From positions 1-33,130 of the forward strand of contig JAVEBF010000076.1 of assembly GCA_051941275.1 (NCBI GenBank): 33,130 bases of DNA, given 5' to 3'. Both the position numbers and the translations under genes were made by a program. Shown piece after piece: positions 1 to 9,984 of the stretch. The stretch comes from Dirinaria sp. TL-2023a. Taxonomy: Eukaryota. The notes beneath the pieces are model-generated. The model made no database searches. It was not told where the DNA came from and worked only from the letters and a program-made list of their open reading frames with translations. Position 1 is the stretch's first letter. The number at the start of each line of letters is the position of its first letter.

Positions 1-355
1 CTCCTCCTCCTCCTCCTCCACCACCACCCCGACGATCGCCACCAAGAAACGCCCGGCTCCGCTCCGAAAACCGGTCGCCGCCAAAGACTTCTTCCATTTC
101 ACAGGCAACGGGGACGACGCCGGCGAGGCGTACACGATGCGCGGGAACGTCCACGCCGTCGCGCCCGTCGAAGACATCCCCGGCTGGCAACGCATCACCT
201 TCATGCAGCGGTTCACGGACACGGGCGAGCTCTTCTGCTACGAGGGCGTCGTCCTGCCCGGCAACCAGATCATCCTGGGCCGCTTCTGGCGCGTCATGGA
301 CAACGAGAGCCGGACCATCTTTGGGCCGTTCATGTTCTGGAATGTGGACCATTAG
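1..355 (+). CDS. 3' end of an uncharacterised conserved fungal protein (5' truncated by window edge)
   Basis: Frame is open from base 2 to TAG at 353-355 (SSSSSSTTTPTIATKKRPAPLRKPVAAKDFFHFTGNGDD...IPGWQRITFMQ...CYEGVVLPGNQIILGRFW...GPFMFWNVDH). Strong C/G third-position bias. The GWQRITFM / YEGVVLPG..IILGR.W / GPF.FW pattern resembles a C-terminal domain I recall from fungal hypothetical proteins. Function not assigned. Confidence 0.75.
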   Translation, partial: SSSSSSTTTPTIATKKRPAPLRKPVAAKDFFHFTGNGDDAGEAYTMRGNVHAVAPVEDIPGWQRITFMQRFTDTGELFCYEGVVLPGNQIILGRFWRVMDNESRTIFGPFMFWNVDH

Positions 356-441
356 TGGAGAGGGGCTTCGTTTTCGTCTTTTTTTTTTTTGTGATGGTGG
401 TTGTTGTGGCATGGATTACTATTGTGATCGATCTACATCAA

Positions 442-524
442 ATTCACCACTACTATCATTAAGCTTTTCTGGATTCGTCATCCTATCTACGCACACAGCA
501 TTCACCACCACTATCATTAAGCTT
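442..524 (+). repeat. Two 25-bp direct repeats, 58 bp apart
   Basis: ATTCACCACTACTATCATTAAGCTT (442-466) and ATTCACCACCACTATCATTAAGCTT (500-524), 1 mismatch; ATCTAC occurs shortly upstream of each copy. Confidence 0.85.
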
Positions 525-1030
525 GGAATCTTTCATCTACATACGGCTGTCACATCACGCTCCTTTGGAATGGAAATGGAATGGAAATGATCAGATACCC
601 AGAACTACTGTTTTGTTTTTCTACGGCGCATAGGATTTTATCAGTCTCGGTATCCCAGAGTATGAGACCGTGCCAAAAGAAGGCACTGCATTGAGCGCAT
701 CATCACGCTCATCCAAAAAACAGCCTCCATGTATTTAGGACACCCTTAGCTAGCTAAAATCACACTCCTTTTTTTTCCCATCAAAAACATGCAAACTACC
801 ACGAAAGTGAGAAGAAAACACGTTTGCTCCTAGATCTACCTGAAACGGTGGTTTGGGACGAGGCCCCTGTAAATACCTACTACCATCCTCGACTTTGGGA
901 GAACGGAAGGGCAAGGGCAAGAAGTTCGAGGTATTAAGGACAAAAATTTTTCCCTTCACTCTCCGCGATCCCGGTTCCCCATGTTCATACCTCCCACACG
1001 TCTACTATCAGTGACAGCGAGAAGAGAAGA

Positions 1031-1058
1031 AAACAAGAAACAAGAAACAAGAAACAAG
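1031..1058 (+). repeat. (AAACAAG)x4 simple repeat
   Basis: aaacaagaaacaagaaacaagaaacaag read directly, in the A-rich region between two convergent genes. Confidence 0.85.
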
Positions 1059-1522
1059 ACAAGAAGCCCACTTCCCCCTCCCTGGAATCACGATGCAAGC
1101 ACATTCGAAAGCGCCCCCCCCAAAAAAAAAATAGAAAATAAAAAAGGTAAGATAAATTGGTGATGATAAGCTCTCTCTTTTTTCTACTTTCACTTTCACC
1201 TTCGATTTCTCCAGAGATAATACCTATCTGTCTGTACTCTGTAGGTCCATGGATATAGAAATAGATATCCGTCAAGATGGATGTTTAAGGGAGGGGAGAA
1301 GGTCTCAATAATGTGGTGGATACTTAAAAAAAGGTTTTTTGAATTCTGTTAGTTTTGATTATACTGTAATGCAGGCGCGGGGAGGGTATTTACGGTCCTG
1401 TGAACAATACACGCTTGCTTTTTTTTCTGTCTTGCTTTCTTTCTTATGCGCCTCGACCCATCATCATAATGAGGGATACGTCATAATGCTTCGCTCTGCT
1501 CGCCGCTCTGCGGGCCCGATCA

Positions 1523-2732
1523 TCATCGAAGTCCAATTACGCTCTGTATAATGTTACACGTCAGAATTTGCACTTCGCACTCTCGTAAAAGCCCGGATGG
1601 AGGAGGGAAGACTTTACCATTTCTAGCGTCCAAACTCTTCTTATCCAAATCTTCAGCTTGCCTTCAACGCCGTCTACGTTGTCCAGCTCTACGCCTTCCC
1701 ACCAACATCTCCGGGCCGGTTTCCTCCAAAATAGCAGCAGCTTCTGCGCCATGCCTACCACGTTGTTGTTGTTGGCAAGGTCGTTACCTTTGATATCCGT
1801 TCTGAGACGAGCAAGGGCCAGACTGCAAATGACGGCCTTGTTGGGTTCAGGCGCTCGATGGCCCCAACGGTCGTCGTTGTGGAAGCCTCTGCTGGGAAAT
1901 CAGCAACTATACCAGAGTGACAGGCGAGCCATAAATAAATCAATGGACAAGTAAAAAGTTAGCTTACCCAGCTGTGAGCATCTCAATCAGATGCTGCTCG
2001 GTCGTGCCTGCTTCTTCACTCCGCTTCAACCCGGAAAAGATGCCGTTTTGTTCTAGTAACGCCCTTCCAGCGGCTCGTTTTACCTCGATCATTTCCGGTT
2101 GATCTATCTCGGCTTTTGGAGGTATCGCGTAGAAATCGAGATCTTCTCGGAGTACAATTATACCTGCCCGGTCTTGAAGCATATCGCGCGCAGAATTCGA
2201 TGCGTCTTGTGATGTGCTTGGTGTCTCTGCGGTCGGCGAGGGTGATGAAGAGGGGATGGTTTGGGCGACGTTGCGGAAGAACTCGAGCATGTACTGAAGA
2301 GATGCAGGATCATACTATACACTTCGTGAGCAACAAACTCACAATGTTTTGTTAAAATAGAAGTACATCTACGGGGTACACATCCCCTTCGTGAAAGGAG
2401 TTCATATGCCCATCCGGAAGTAGCCCGTTCGGGAAGAGTGATAGGAGGACAAATTCAGGCAGAGTGAGGAGCTCATCACGTGAAAGCGTAAATCGGGTGC
2501 CTCTGCACGTGAATTAGAACAGGCCACAGGACACTCAATGGACTCTGCTTACCTTAAGTCGAGCGTGATATGCTCGTCTGCACCAACATCTAAAGCAATT
2601 GCATGAGCAAGTGGCATTGTGGGACCAGACAGGCACTTTCCCTTCACACATACCTGCTAATGTTGCTGTGGGCGCACCACCGCCCTGCTGCACCTGGGTG
2701 ATCAAGCTGGCAGGCCCACCGGCAGCAGCCAT
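1523..2732 (-). CDS. WHI2: Whi2 growth-regulation / stress-response protein (BTB/POZ-like, Psr1/2 phosphatase partner), AUG-initiated form of 296 aa; may extend N-terminally to about 3164
   Basis: Exons (minus) 2732-2654, 2589-2553, 2502-2367, 2314-1968, 1888-1618, 1543-1523, all GT-AG, total 891 nt. Translation: MAAAGGPASLITQVQQGG...DVGADEHITLDLRGTRFTLSRDELLTLPEFVLLSLFPNGL...YDPASLQYMLEFF...GIIVLREDLDFYAIPP...EQHLIEMLTAGGF...KLLLFWRKPARRCWW...IWIRRVWTLEMSVIGLR*. IIVLREDLDFY, LLLFWRKPARxCWW and RRVWTLE are Whi2 hallmarks. Confidence 0.92.
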
Positions 2733-3205
2733 CACGTAAGTAAACGAGTCAAGAGGACTGGGGCCCTCGGTATATGGCGGCGGTGGCTCTCCGTCTTCCG
2801 CAGCCTTGCCCGATGGCTCTCCCTTGCTATCCGGCGGAAGGGCAGCCTTAGTCTCTGCCTCTGTGCTTGTTGTTGTTGATGCAGAGACAGCTTCGAGCGG
2901 CGGCGGCGGCGGACAGAAAGCAGGAGGGGGAGAGGAATCTGGCTCGGTGACGGTGCTTTCTACCCGATCGGGAGGGTTTGCTGGGGGAAAGTATAGAGAG
3001 GAGAAGGCTGGCGGAGGGGGGGAGTTGGCGGCTGGTGCAGTGAGGGAGGTTTCGCGCTCTGTGTAAGGCGGTTCCTCTTCGTCGACGGGCACAGCGCTCG
3101 TTCGAAAGGGGAACTTATCAGACACGGACGAGCCGTCGCTGGAATCTCGCGTAGCCGACAACGTGATGGCGGTGTTCTTGTCCCTCTGGTGGTGATTTGG
3201 TGATA

Positions 3206-3321
3206 CTAGCGAATTGGAGTAGTCACGACCCTCCTCATAGGGAAGTCGCGGGTAAGGATTGGGTCTTGTGAGACTGATCAATATCAATTTGCTCAGATGG
3301 TCCAAAATCGCCCAGAGTCAT
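3206..3321 (-). promoter_or_regulatory. Two overlapping candidate uORFs in the WHI2 leader
   Basis: uORF1 3321-3235 (MTLGDFGPSEQIDIDQSHKTQSLPATSL*) and uORF2 3238-3206 (MRRVVTTPIR*) overlap as ATGA. Whether they lie within the transcript is unknown. Confidence 0.4.
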
Positions 3322-4052
3322 TGAATGTTTTCGTGCTCAGATGTCTCTATGATGCAGTGCGTTACGGAGGCGGATGAGGTAGCTTAGACAGTCATACAGC
3401 AACAAAGTACTCGTACCGTGGCTCGCGTGGGTTTAGGCTTGAGACTTTGAGAGGCTCTACTACCTTAAGGTATTTACTGTAATAATGATAAACTTTCCCA
3501 CCAGGGGATGCGGGAAGCTTGCTTTGATTGGTATCTGCCAAGCCCTGCCAACTGTACTGTACATAAGGTAATCTTATCTTGACTCTTTCATGAGCCTCGT
3601 CAATTTTCTACTTTCAATCACTTTATTAGTAGTCACTTTGCACTTCGCCACAGAAGTATCTCAAATTATGGGATCATGGCGCTGGTGGAATACGTCCTAG
3701 TCATCTATCGAAATCAACCTCAGGACGATATGGTTGATTGCGGTCAGTGCTGATTTAATCAATTGTGGGCAGGTTCTTCTTGTGGAACATGAGTTGTCAA
3801 GCGATCAGTCGTCTTCTATGACGCTTCAACCTTTGCTACTTCTTTGATCTCTATGGCGCTTCTCTTATGCCTCTTCCCTCCACAGACAGCACGTTCGTCG
3901 AGTGCAGCGCGCCTTGTACACGCAACTCAAAGCATGTCAACCCCTGAGCGTGAAGCACGACTGAATTTTAGATCCCTGTTCAATCAGCTCGGAGAGCCAA
4001 TATTGGGGCGGTTCACGTTTATGCGAGGTCTCCGTATAATGTGCTCGTCATG

Positions 4053-5213
4053 CTAGCCCAACTTCATCGAGCTCAAACCCTCGTCAGCATAGTCAACCAC
4101 GTGATAGCTTGAATTGGTAGTGTCATTGGGGTAGGAATGACCACCGGGGTGCAAAGGCTGCGGTGTCTATGCTTAATTAGCGGTTCCCGCGTTCTACGCA
4201 GCCTGTCAACGAGACTTCACGCAACACCCACCAACCACTCATACGAGTAGTTTAGGTGTGAGAGTGGGAGAGACTGACATCGACCAGCTTATCCCCTTCA
4301 ACGTGGACTTCTCGATCACGTATCTGCCGCATCAACGAGAGGAAGCTGCTTTGCTGGAACTTCTCGCTCCGGTCATGCTTGACATTATCGAGAAGCTGGC
4401 CAGCAGTTCTCGCTAGTTCATCTGCTTCATTTCTTTCCTTTCCTTCTTCTCTCTGGCTCTCGTCTGATATTCTGTCGGATCCTATTCGATCCTGTTCGAA
4501 TGGGTACATTTCTTGCAGGTCCTCAGCCATGTTAATGGGCGTTTGAGGTCCCTGTTGCGCGGACTGCTCGGCACATAGAGTCTCAAAAGCCCGTTCCATT
4601 GCCTCTTGATCTACATTTTCCTCGACTTGGTGTTCCTCTTGGCGCTCTTGCTGCGCTATTGGAGGTGATACGTGCTGATGGTGGGCAACATTAGAATTGA
4701 AGGGAACAAATGCGCTATAGCCACGCTGCTGCGACTTGAAAGGCGTTTGCGGCTGCTGTTGCTGGCGCATGAACTCCTGATGCCATCCTCCGGGTGCCGT
4801 GTGCTGGATGGGTGCTTCCCGCCGAAATTGGGCTTGGGGGACCGGTGAAGCCCGTGTTTGGTTCAAATTGAGGTTTTGGAAATCAGTGGCCCAACTCGGC
4901 GCACGAATATCCGAATGCGATAAAGTATCCGGGCTTTGGAAAGCAAACGGTTTAGGAGGAACAAATCCACCATCAAAACGACCGGCCTGAAAAGCCTCGA
5001 ACTCTGCGTCTAGAATGCCTGCATTAGGCCCTGGCGACGATCTGAAACCCTGCAAAATAGGCTGTCAGTGGCGGATCCACGAATGATACGGTGTCCTACC
5101 TCTTCAAGTGGTCGGTGAGGGGCAGAGCAGTCCTGTTGTAGTGTTCTATCCGCTGTAGTATGCTTCTGAAAATTTTGCAGAGCATTTGAGGGACCACAGA
5201 GCGTTTCAGCCAT
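4053..5213 (-). CDS. PEX20: Peroxin 20, PTS2 co-receptor (332 aa)
   Basis: Exons 5213-5100, 5049-4279, 4166-4053 (999 nt). N-terminus MAETLCGPSNALQNFQKH carries the conserved Cys. WxxxF motifs (SWATDF, GWHQEF). Pex7-binding segment KFQQSSFLSLMRQIRDREV. No TPR domain, so not Pex5. Confidence 0.88.
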
Positions 5214-5483
5214 GGCGAATCCTTTGATGAAAGATCTGATTTGGAGAAAGATCGCAAGTGGGCACGAGGAAACGTAGATTGCAGGAATAGGTGCCTGTGG
5301 AATCAAAGACTGGTGGGCCAAAAAGCATATGATGCAGCCGGTATCGTGAACCGAGGCTTTTTCGGACAGAAGTAAACCCGAGCCCCAGCCCTATCAATCG
5401 CATTTCAAGATCACAGTAGCTTCCCAGAACGCGGCTTGCTGTCCTCAAGCTCTCAACCTAGGCAATACAAGAGGGCCTCAAAG
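5214..5483. promoter_or_regulatory. Compact divergent (bidirectional) promoter region PEX20/SEC13
   Basis: Only 270 bp separate the two head-to-head start codons. Confidence 0.55.
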
Positions 5484-6601
5484 ATGGTGTGTTACCTGGT
5501 TCATAAGGCCTATGGTAAATGCTAATCGTTTCAGGCGCAAGTTATCAGTAATTCCGGGCATGATGATATGATTGTATGCCGAAACACTCCAGAAAACCCA
5601 CCCTTGACGCAAGGTTCCTCGAAGCTCACACAAAGGCTCTCTCTAGCACGACGCAGTCCTCGACTACTATGGCAGACGGCTAGCAACCTGCTCATCGGAC
5701 AAGACAATCAAGATCTTCGAAGTCGAAGGCGAGTCGCATAGACTGACAGAAACACTACGAGGGTACTTATTTTTTTTTTTAAAGCAAATCGCTCTAGTTT
5801 CCCTCAAATTCCCTTCCCCTTCCTTCTTTACTGAGCCTTTTTTCCCCCTTCAGGCACGAAGGCGCCGTCTGGTGCGTCTCATGGGCCCATCCCAAATACG
5901 GCACCATCCTCGCATCCTCGTCCTACGACTCTCGCGTCCTCATCTGGCGCGAAGCCTCCTCCCAATGGTCCTGCATCTCCACATTCACGCTGCACACCGC
6001 ATCCGTGAACCTCATCGCCTGGTCCCCTCACGAACTCGGCTGCCTGCTCGCGTGCGCCTCCTCCGACGGCCAAGTCTCGATCCTCGAGTTCCGCGAAGGC
6101 AACTGGAGCTCGAAGATCTTCCCCGCGCACGGCCAGGGCGTCAACGCCGTCAGCTGGGCGCCCGCCGTCACGCCGGGCAGCCTGGTCAGGCGGGATGCGG
6201 GGGGCGAAGGAGCGGTTCAGCGGAAATTCGTCACGGGCGGCAGCGATAACAAGCTTCGGATTTGGGCCTTTAATCCCAAGACCGGGGAATACCCCTGCAC
6301 GCAGGAACTCCTGGGCCATACTGGCTGGGTGCGCGACGTGGCTTGGGCGCCCACCGTGCTTTCGAAATCGTACATTGCGTCCGCGTCGCAGGATAAGACT
6401 GTCAGGATCTGGACGAGCGAGCCGAGAGGGGATGGGGAGTGGAAGTGCACTGTCTTGCCTGAGTTCGAGGCCGTGGTGTGGAGGGTTAGCTGGAGCTTGA
6501 GTGGGAACGTGTTGGCGGTCAGCGGAGGCGATAATAAAGTCAGCCTGTGGAAAGAAAATTTGAGTGGGGAGTGGGAATGCGTGAAATGGATCGAGGAATA
6601 G
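5484..6601 (+). CDS. SEC13: Protein transport protein Sec13 (WD40; COPII, nuclear pore, SEA/GATOR2), 301 aa
   Basis: Exons 5484-5486 (ATG only), 5535-5573, 5647-5762, 5854-6601 (906 nt). [40 protein letters not shown]...[26 protein letters not shown]...WVRDVAWAP...[27 protein letters not shown]. The first exon is the least certain part. Confidence 0.96.
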
Positions 6602-6860
6602 TACTGTTTTTACAAGAGGAAAAGTTGTGGTAACCTTGATATCCCAAAAGATCGAAATGGAGTTTAAGTCAGAGCATTATATTAGCTATTCAAATTCTCG
6701 GCTTCAGCAGGAAACCACGAGAGATATCACAAAATATGTCCTCTTTGGTGGCCTAACGCATGCCAGTTCAATTTTGACACTGTCAAAAGTATTCATGCTT
6801 CCGTAGTGTATGAGAGACGAGAGGGAAGTATTTATAAGGCTCAGCAGATATGATGGATCC

Positions 6861-9166
6861 TCAATCTTCCTCGCTATCGCTACCAAAGACAGCTTTGAAA
6901 ATTTCTTCGCCGGGTCTTTCTCTTTCCAAAGCGTCATTGCGCTCGGGGTCTACCATCACAGGTTCTTCCCGTTGGGCTGCACTGACCTGGCCTTGATACG
7001 CCTCGGATGGACTATCGCCTGTGTCAGGAACCTTGAAAGTCTGCCTCGTGCCAATCCGGCCAAAATTCGCCTCTTTCATCATAGCGCTGATCTCCTGTTT
7101 CCCAACCAACTCCAATCGCTTTTGTGGAAGCGCACTTGAGTGGGTCTGTGGCATAGAGGCTGATGCACCTTCGAAACCAGGTGGCTCGCCTCCTGGATCT
7201 ACATGCGTTGGTGGCTTCACGTTGAATCTCTTGCACAACAAGCGCGTGGGATGCCACTCCTTTACAGATCTCGTCAACGGCCCGAACATGCCTAAACTAG
7301 CAGCCTCTTCTGCTTCGTCTTTCTTTTTCTCCGCAGGTTTGCTGATCAGGGCATCCGTCCCCTCGACACTAGCAGAAGGGTCAGAAGCCTTATCAGGCCT
7401 ATCACTTGCTAGTTTCGGCGCTGACGATGAAGAAGTGAAGCGACTAGCCATCAGTCCTGTCATCGGCTTGAAAATCTGTGCCGCGTGGGCGAACTCTTGC
7501 ATTTCCTTCACCCAGTCATCGGTAGTGTGTCCCGCGGCTCTCTCTGGTACCTCGGAGTCAGCACCTCGAAGACCGGCACGGATTTCGAGATAGCTACGAT
7601 AACGGGAGCGTTTGGCTGTGTCCTCAGCATAGGGCATCCAGCCTGCAGTACCCCTTCCAAGGGCGGTTAGAGCGGTTTGAGAATCAAGCTGAGGGATCAA
7701 AGACTGAACGGACTTGGTCGAAGAAGGCTTATTAGAGAAAGTCGAGGCTTCATTGAGCGCCGGGGGAAGATTTGAATTATTAGTGGCAGAGGCTATTCGG
7801 GAGCGGGCGGCGGTGGAGAGATAGTCGAAGACTGATTTTCCAGGCAGTGCTGCTTCATCGAGAAGAGCAGCTCGAGACTTAGGAGAGAGCTTGGAAGCTT
7901 TGGCAACGTCGGCAGCAGAGACATAATTCTTAGCAACGCCATCCGGCGCTGAAGTGGAGAGTGCTTTGGAGGACTTCCAATCAGTCGGAATTTTTGGAGG
8001 GGGATATTGATTGTCTGAGGAAATAATCGACGCGAGCGGATCTAAACTGCTCGAGAGTATAAATCCATCAAGCGGTAGACGGCCATCGTGACAACGGCAA
8101 AAAGTAGAAGCCATTTTACCCGCAGTGGTCTTTTTGGAGACGAAAACGGGCTTGGAGTTCAAGAGAGGGTTTGCTGCAGTCCGACTGCTTGAAAGGGGTT
8201 TTTTCTTCTTCTTATCAGCGCCAATGGTCCTGTTGAACGATATTTTGGGGCCCATGTGGTAGGGATCCTCATCGTCAGAGCCATTGTCGTTCAGGATACC
8301 AACCCCAAAGCCACTACGGGCCGATGGTTTCTTTTTTGTCTTGCCATCTTTAGCTACAGTCCCGATCCCAAGTTCATCCTCCTCAGCATATGCTATGTTC
8401 GTCTTGGGGTTCGTGTGTTGACCGGCGAGCAGGCTCTGCCCTAGGTGGCCTTCGCCTTCAAAGCCCAACCCTTTTTTATCGTTCTTCTCAACGAACACTA
8501 TCATTTCCGAGTTCTTTGGAGCGAATAGATGAGTTTCTTGATTTTCTCCGGCATTATGCTGCTCATCTTCACCAAGCCTGGCTTTCCGCCTGACTTTCGG
8601 CCCAATACCTTGCCCTTCCCGCCAGCCCATCTTCCTCAGCAGTTTGACGCCCATGGTTTCACCAGAGGTACGCAGAATGTCTATTATTGGCGCTTTGCGA
8701 GCTGCCTCCCCCGCAGTGGATCCCAAACCAGAAAAGGCATCGGTGGTCTGGACTTTGCGTGCTTCCTCAGCGTCGGCGATGTCTTCGTCATCCATGAAGT
8801 CCTCCGCTTTTTGTTGCTTTGGCGCGCCATCCTTGTGTCTATTTGATCTGGAGGAAATAAAAGTTGTTGGTGTCCATCCTTCCTTCGACCCCACGGTGTT
8901 GAAGTAGCTGTACAGGCGCCAGTCAGTGCCTGCTCCGTGCAGATGAAGCCTTCAACTTACCCAGCGCTGAAACCACCCGTGAAAGCGCCATGCAAGCGCT
9001 TCCTTCCTTGCTCATCAGTGACCTCCTGCTTCCATACTGGGACATATGAGCCATCATCGTGGGTTTTGGGGTCCAACGGCGGCAGTGGAGTGCCATATAC
9101 GACGTAGGGCGCGGATTGAGCAGGCAGGTCTGCTTCGAATGTTGCACGCGATCGTTTGGAGGCCAT
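6861..9166 (-). CDS. GPATCH1: G-patch domain protein, GPATCH1/DUF1604 family (spliceosome-associated), 750 aa
   Basis: Exons 9166-8961 and 8907-6861 (2253 nt). DUF1604-type N-terminus [42 protein letters not shown]-patch [17 protein letters not shown]...KKGLGF. Also [24 protein letters not shown] and C-terminal [18 protein letters not shown]. Confidence 0.88.
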
Positions 9167-9984
9167 AATTCGACATGGTTCTGACTTCACATCGAGAAGC
9201 TGCTTCAGGTCGAAGACAGTAGTACCTATGGGAGTACCTCCGTTAGATGTGAGGCTAATTCTCAGGCCTCCGATTGGTTTTGCACATTGAAACCTTGATT
9301 ACCTTATTAGCATCTGAACCGAGGTTTGAGACGGAGAGACGGTCGATGTCCCTGGGTGGCTGATGACTAAGCGGATAAGGCTGAACCCTGATCTACTACT
9401 GTTTTGGATTGCGCTGAAACACGAATGGGTGACACGAAGTCAGCTGGTAAAATACCTCATGATAGGGAAGACGATGGAAATGGTAGAGAGCAAATCCTTA
9501 ACAATGCTTGATTGCAGGCTATCAGCTGGCAATATTGTCATGAGTGACTCTGAGACTGAGTTCTGCCAGCACCATCCACCGTGTAGACTGTAGACGCGCC
9601 TTATGCATATCGGCGATTTCATCGTTCCCCCTTGCCAACCCGAGCTCCCCCAACCTGCTGCATCCTCTACCTTACGCGACTCGACTGCAATATGGCCTAT
9701 CAGAGTCATCAAATCATGTGAAGTATTCTACAGCCAATCCAACGGAAGCGCAGACGCACGAGATTGTGGTAGTACACGCTTTGGTAGCCGCGCCAGAACT
9801 TGCAAGCCGCAGTCATCGCTGTGGCACTGTAGGTGACTGAAGAGACTCAATAATATCTATCGGCTTGCGCATTATTTGCATCACTAGAGCTTTCTTCGGA
9901 TTCGAGATACGGACTGGCTCACCATTTCGAAAATCGGATTCCAAAATCTACAGCTTTCTAGGCCGATCGTCCTCGTAAGGCATC

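Noticed and set aside
442..524. Repeat-spacer-repeat of CRISPR-like dimensions (25-bp repeats, 33-bp spacer)
   Set aside because: Only two copies, eukaryotic context and no cas genes; a tandem duplication explains it.
750..1551. Several 60-96 aa ORFs between gene 1 and WHI2
   Set aside because: Translations of homopolymer and simple-repeat DNA with no codon bias or recognisable motif.
7021..7593. 190-aa plus-strand ORF and similar antisense ORFs (5879-6319, 21137-21763, 31621-32205, 32257-32727)
   Set aside because: Shadows on the opposite strand of well-supported, often GC3-rich genes, with no independent protein features.
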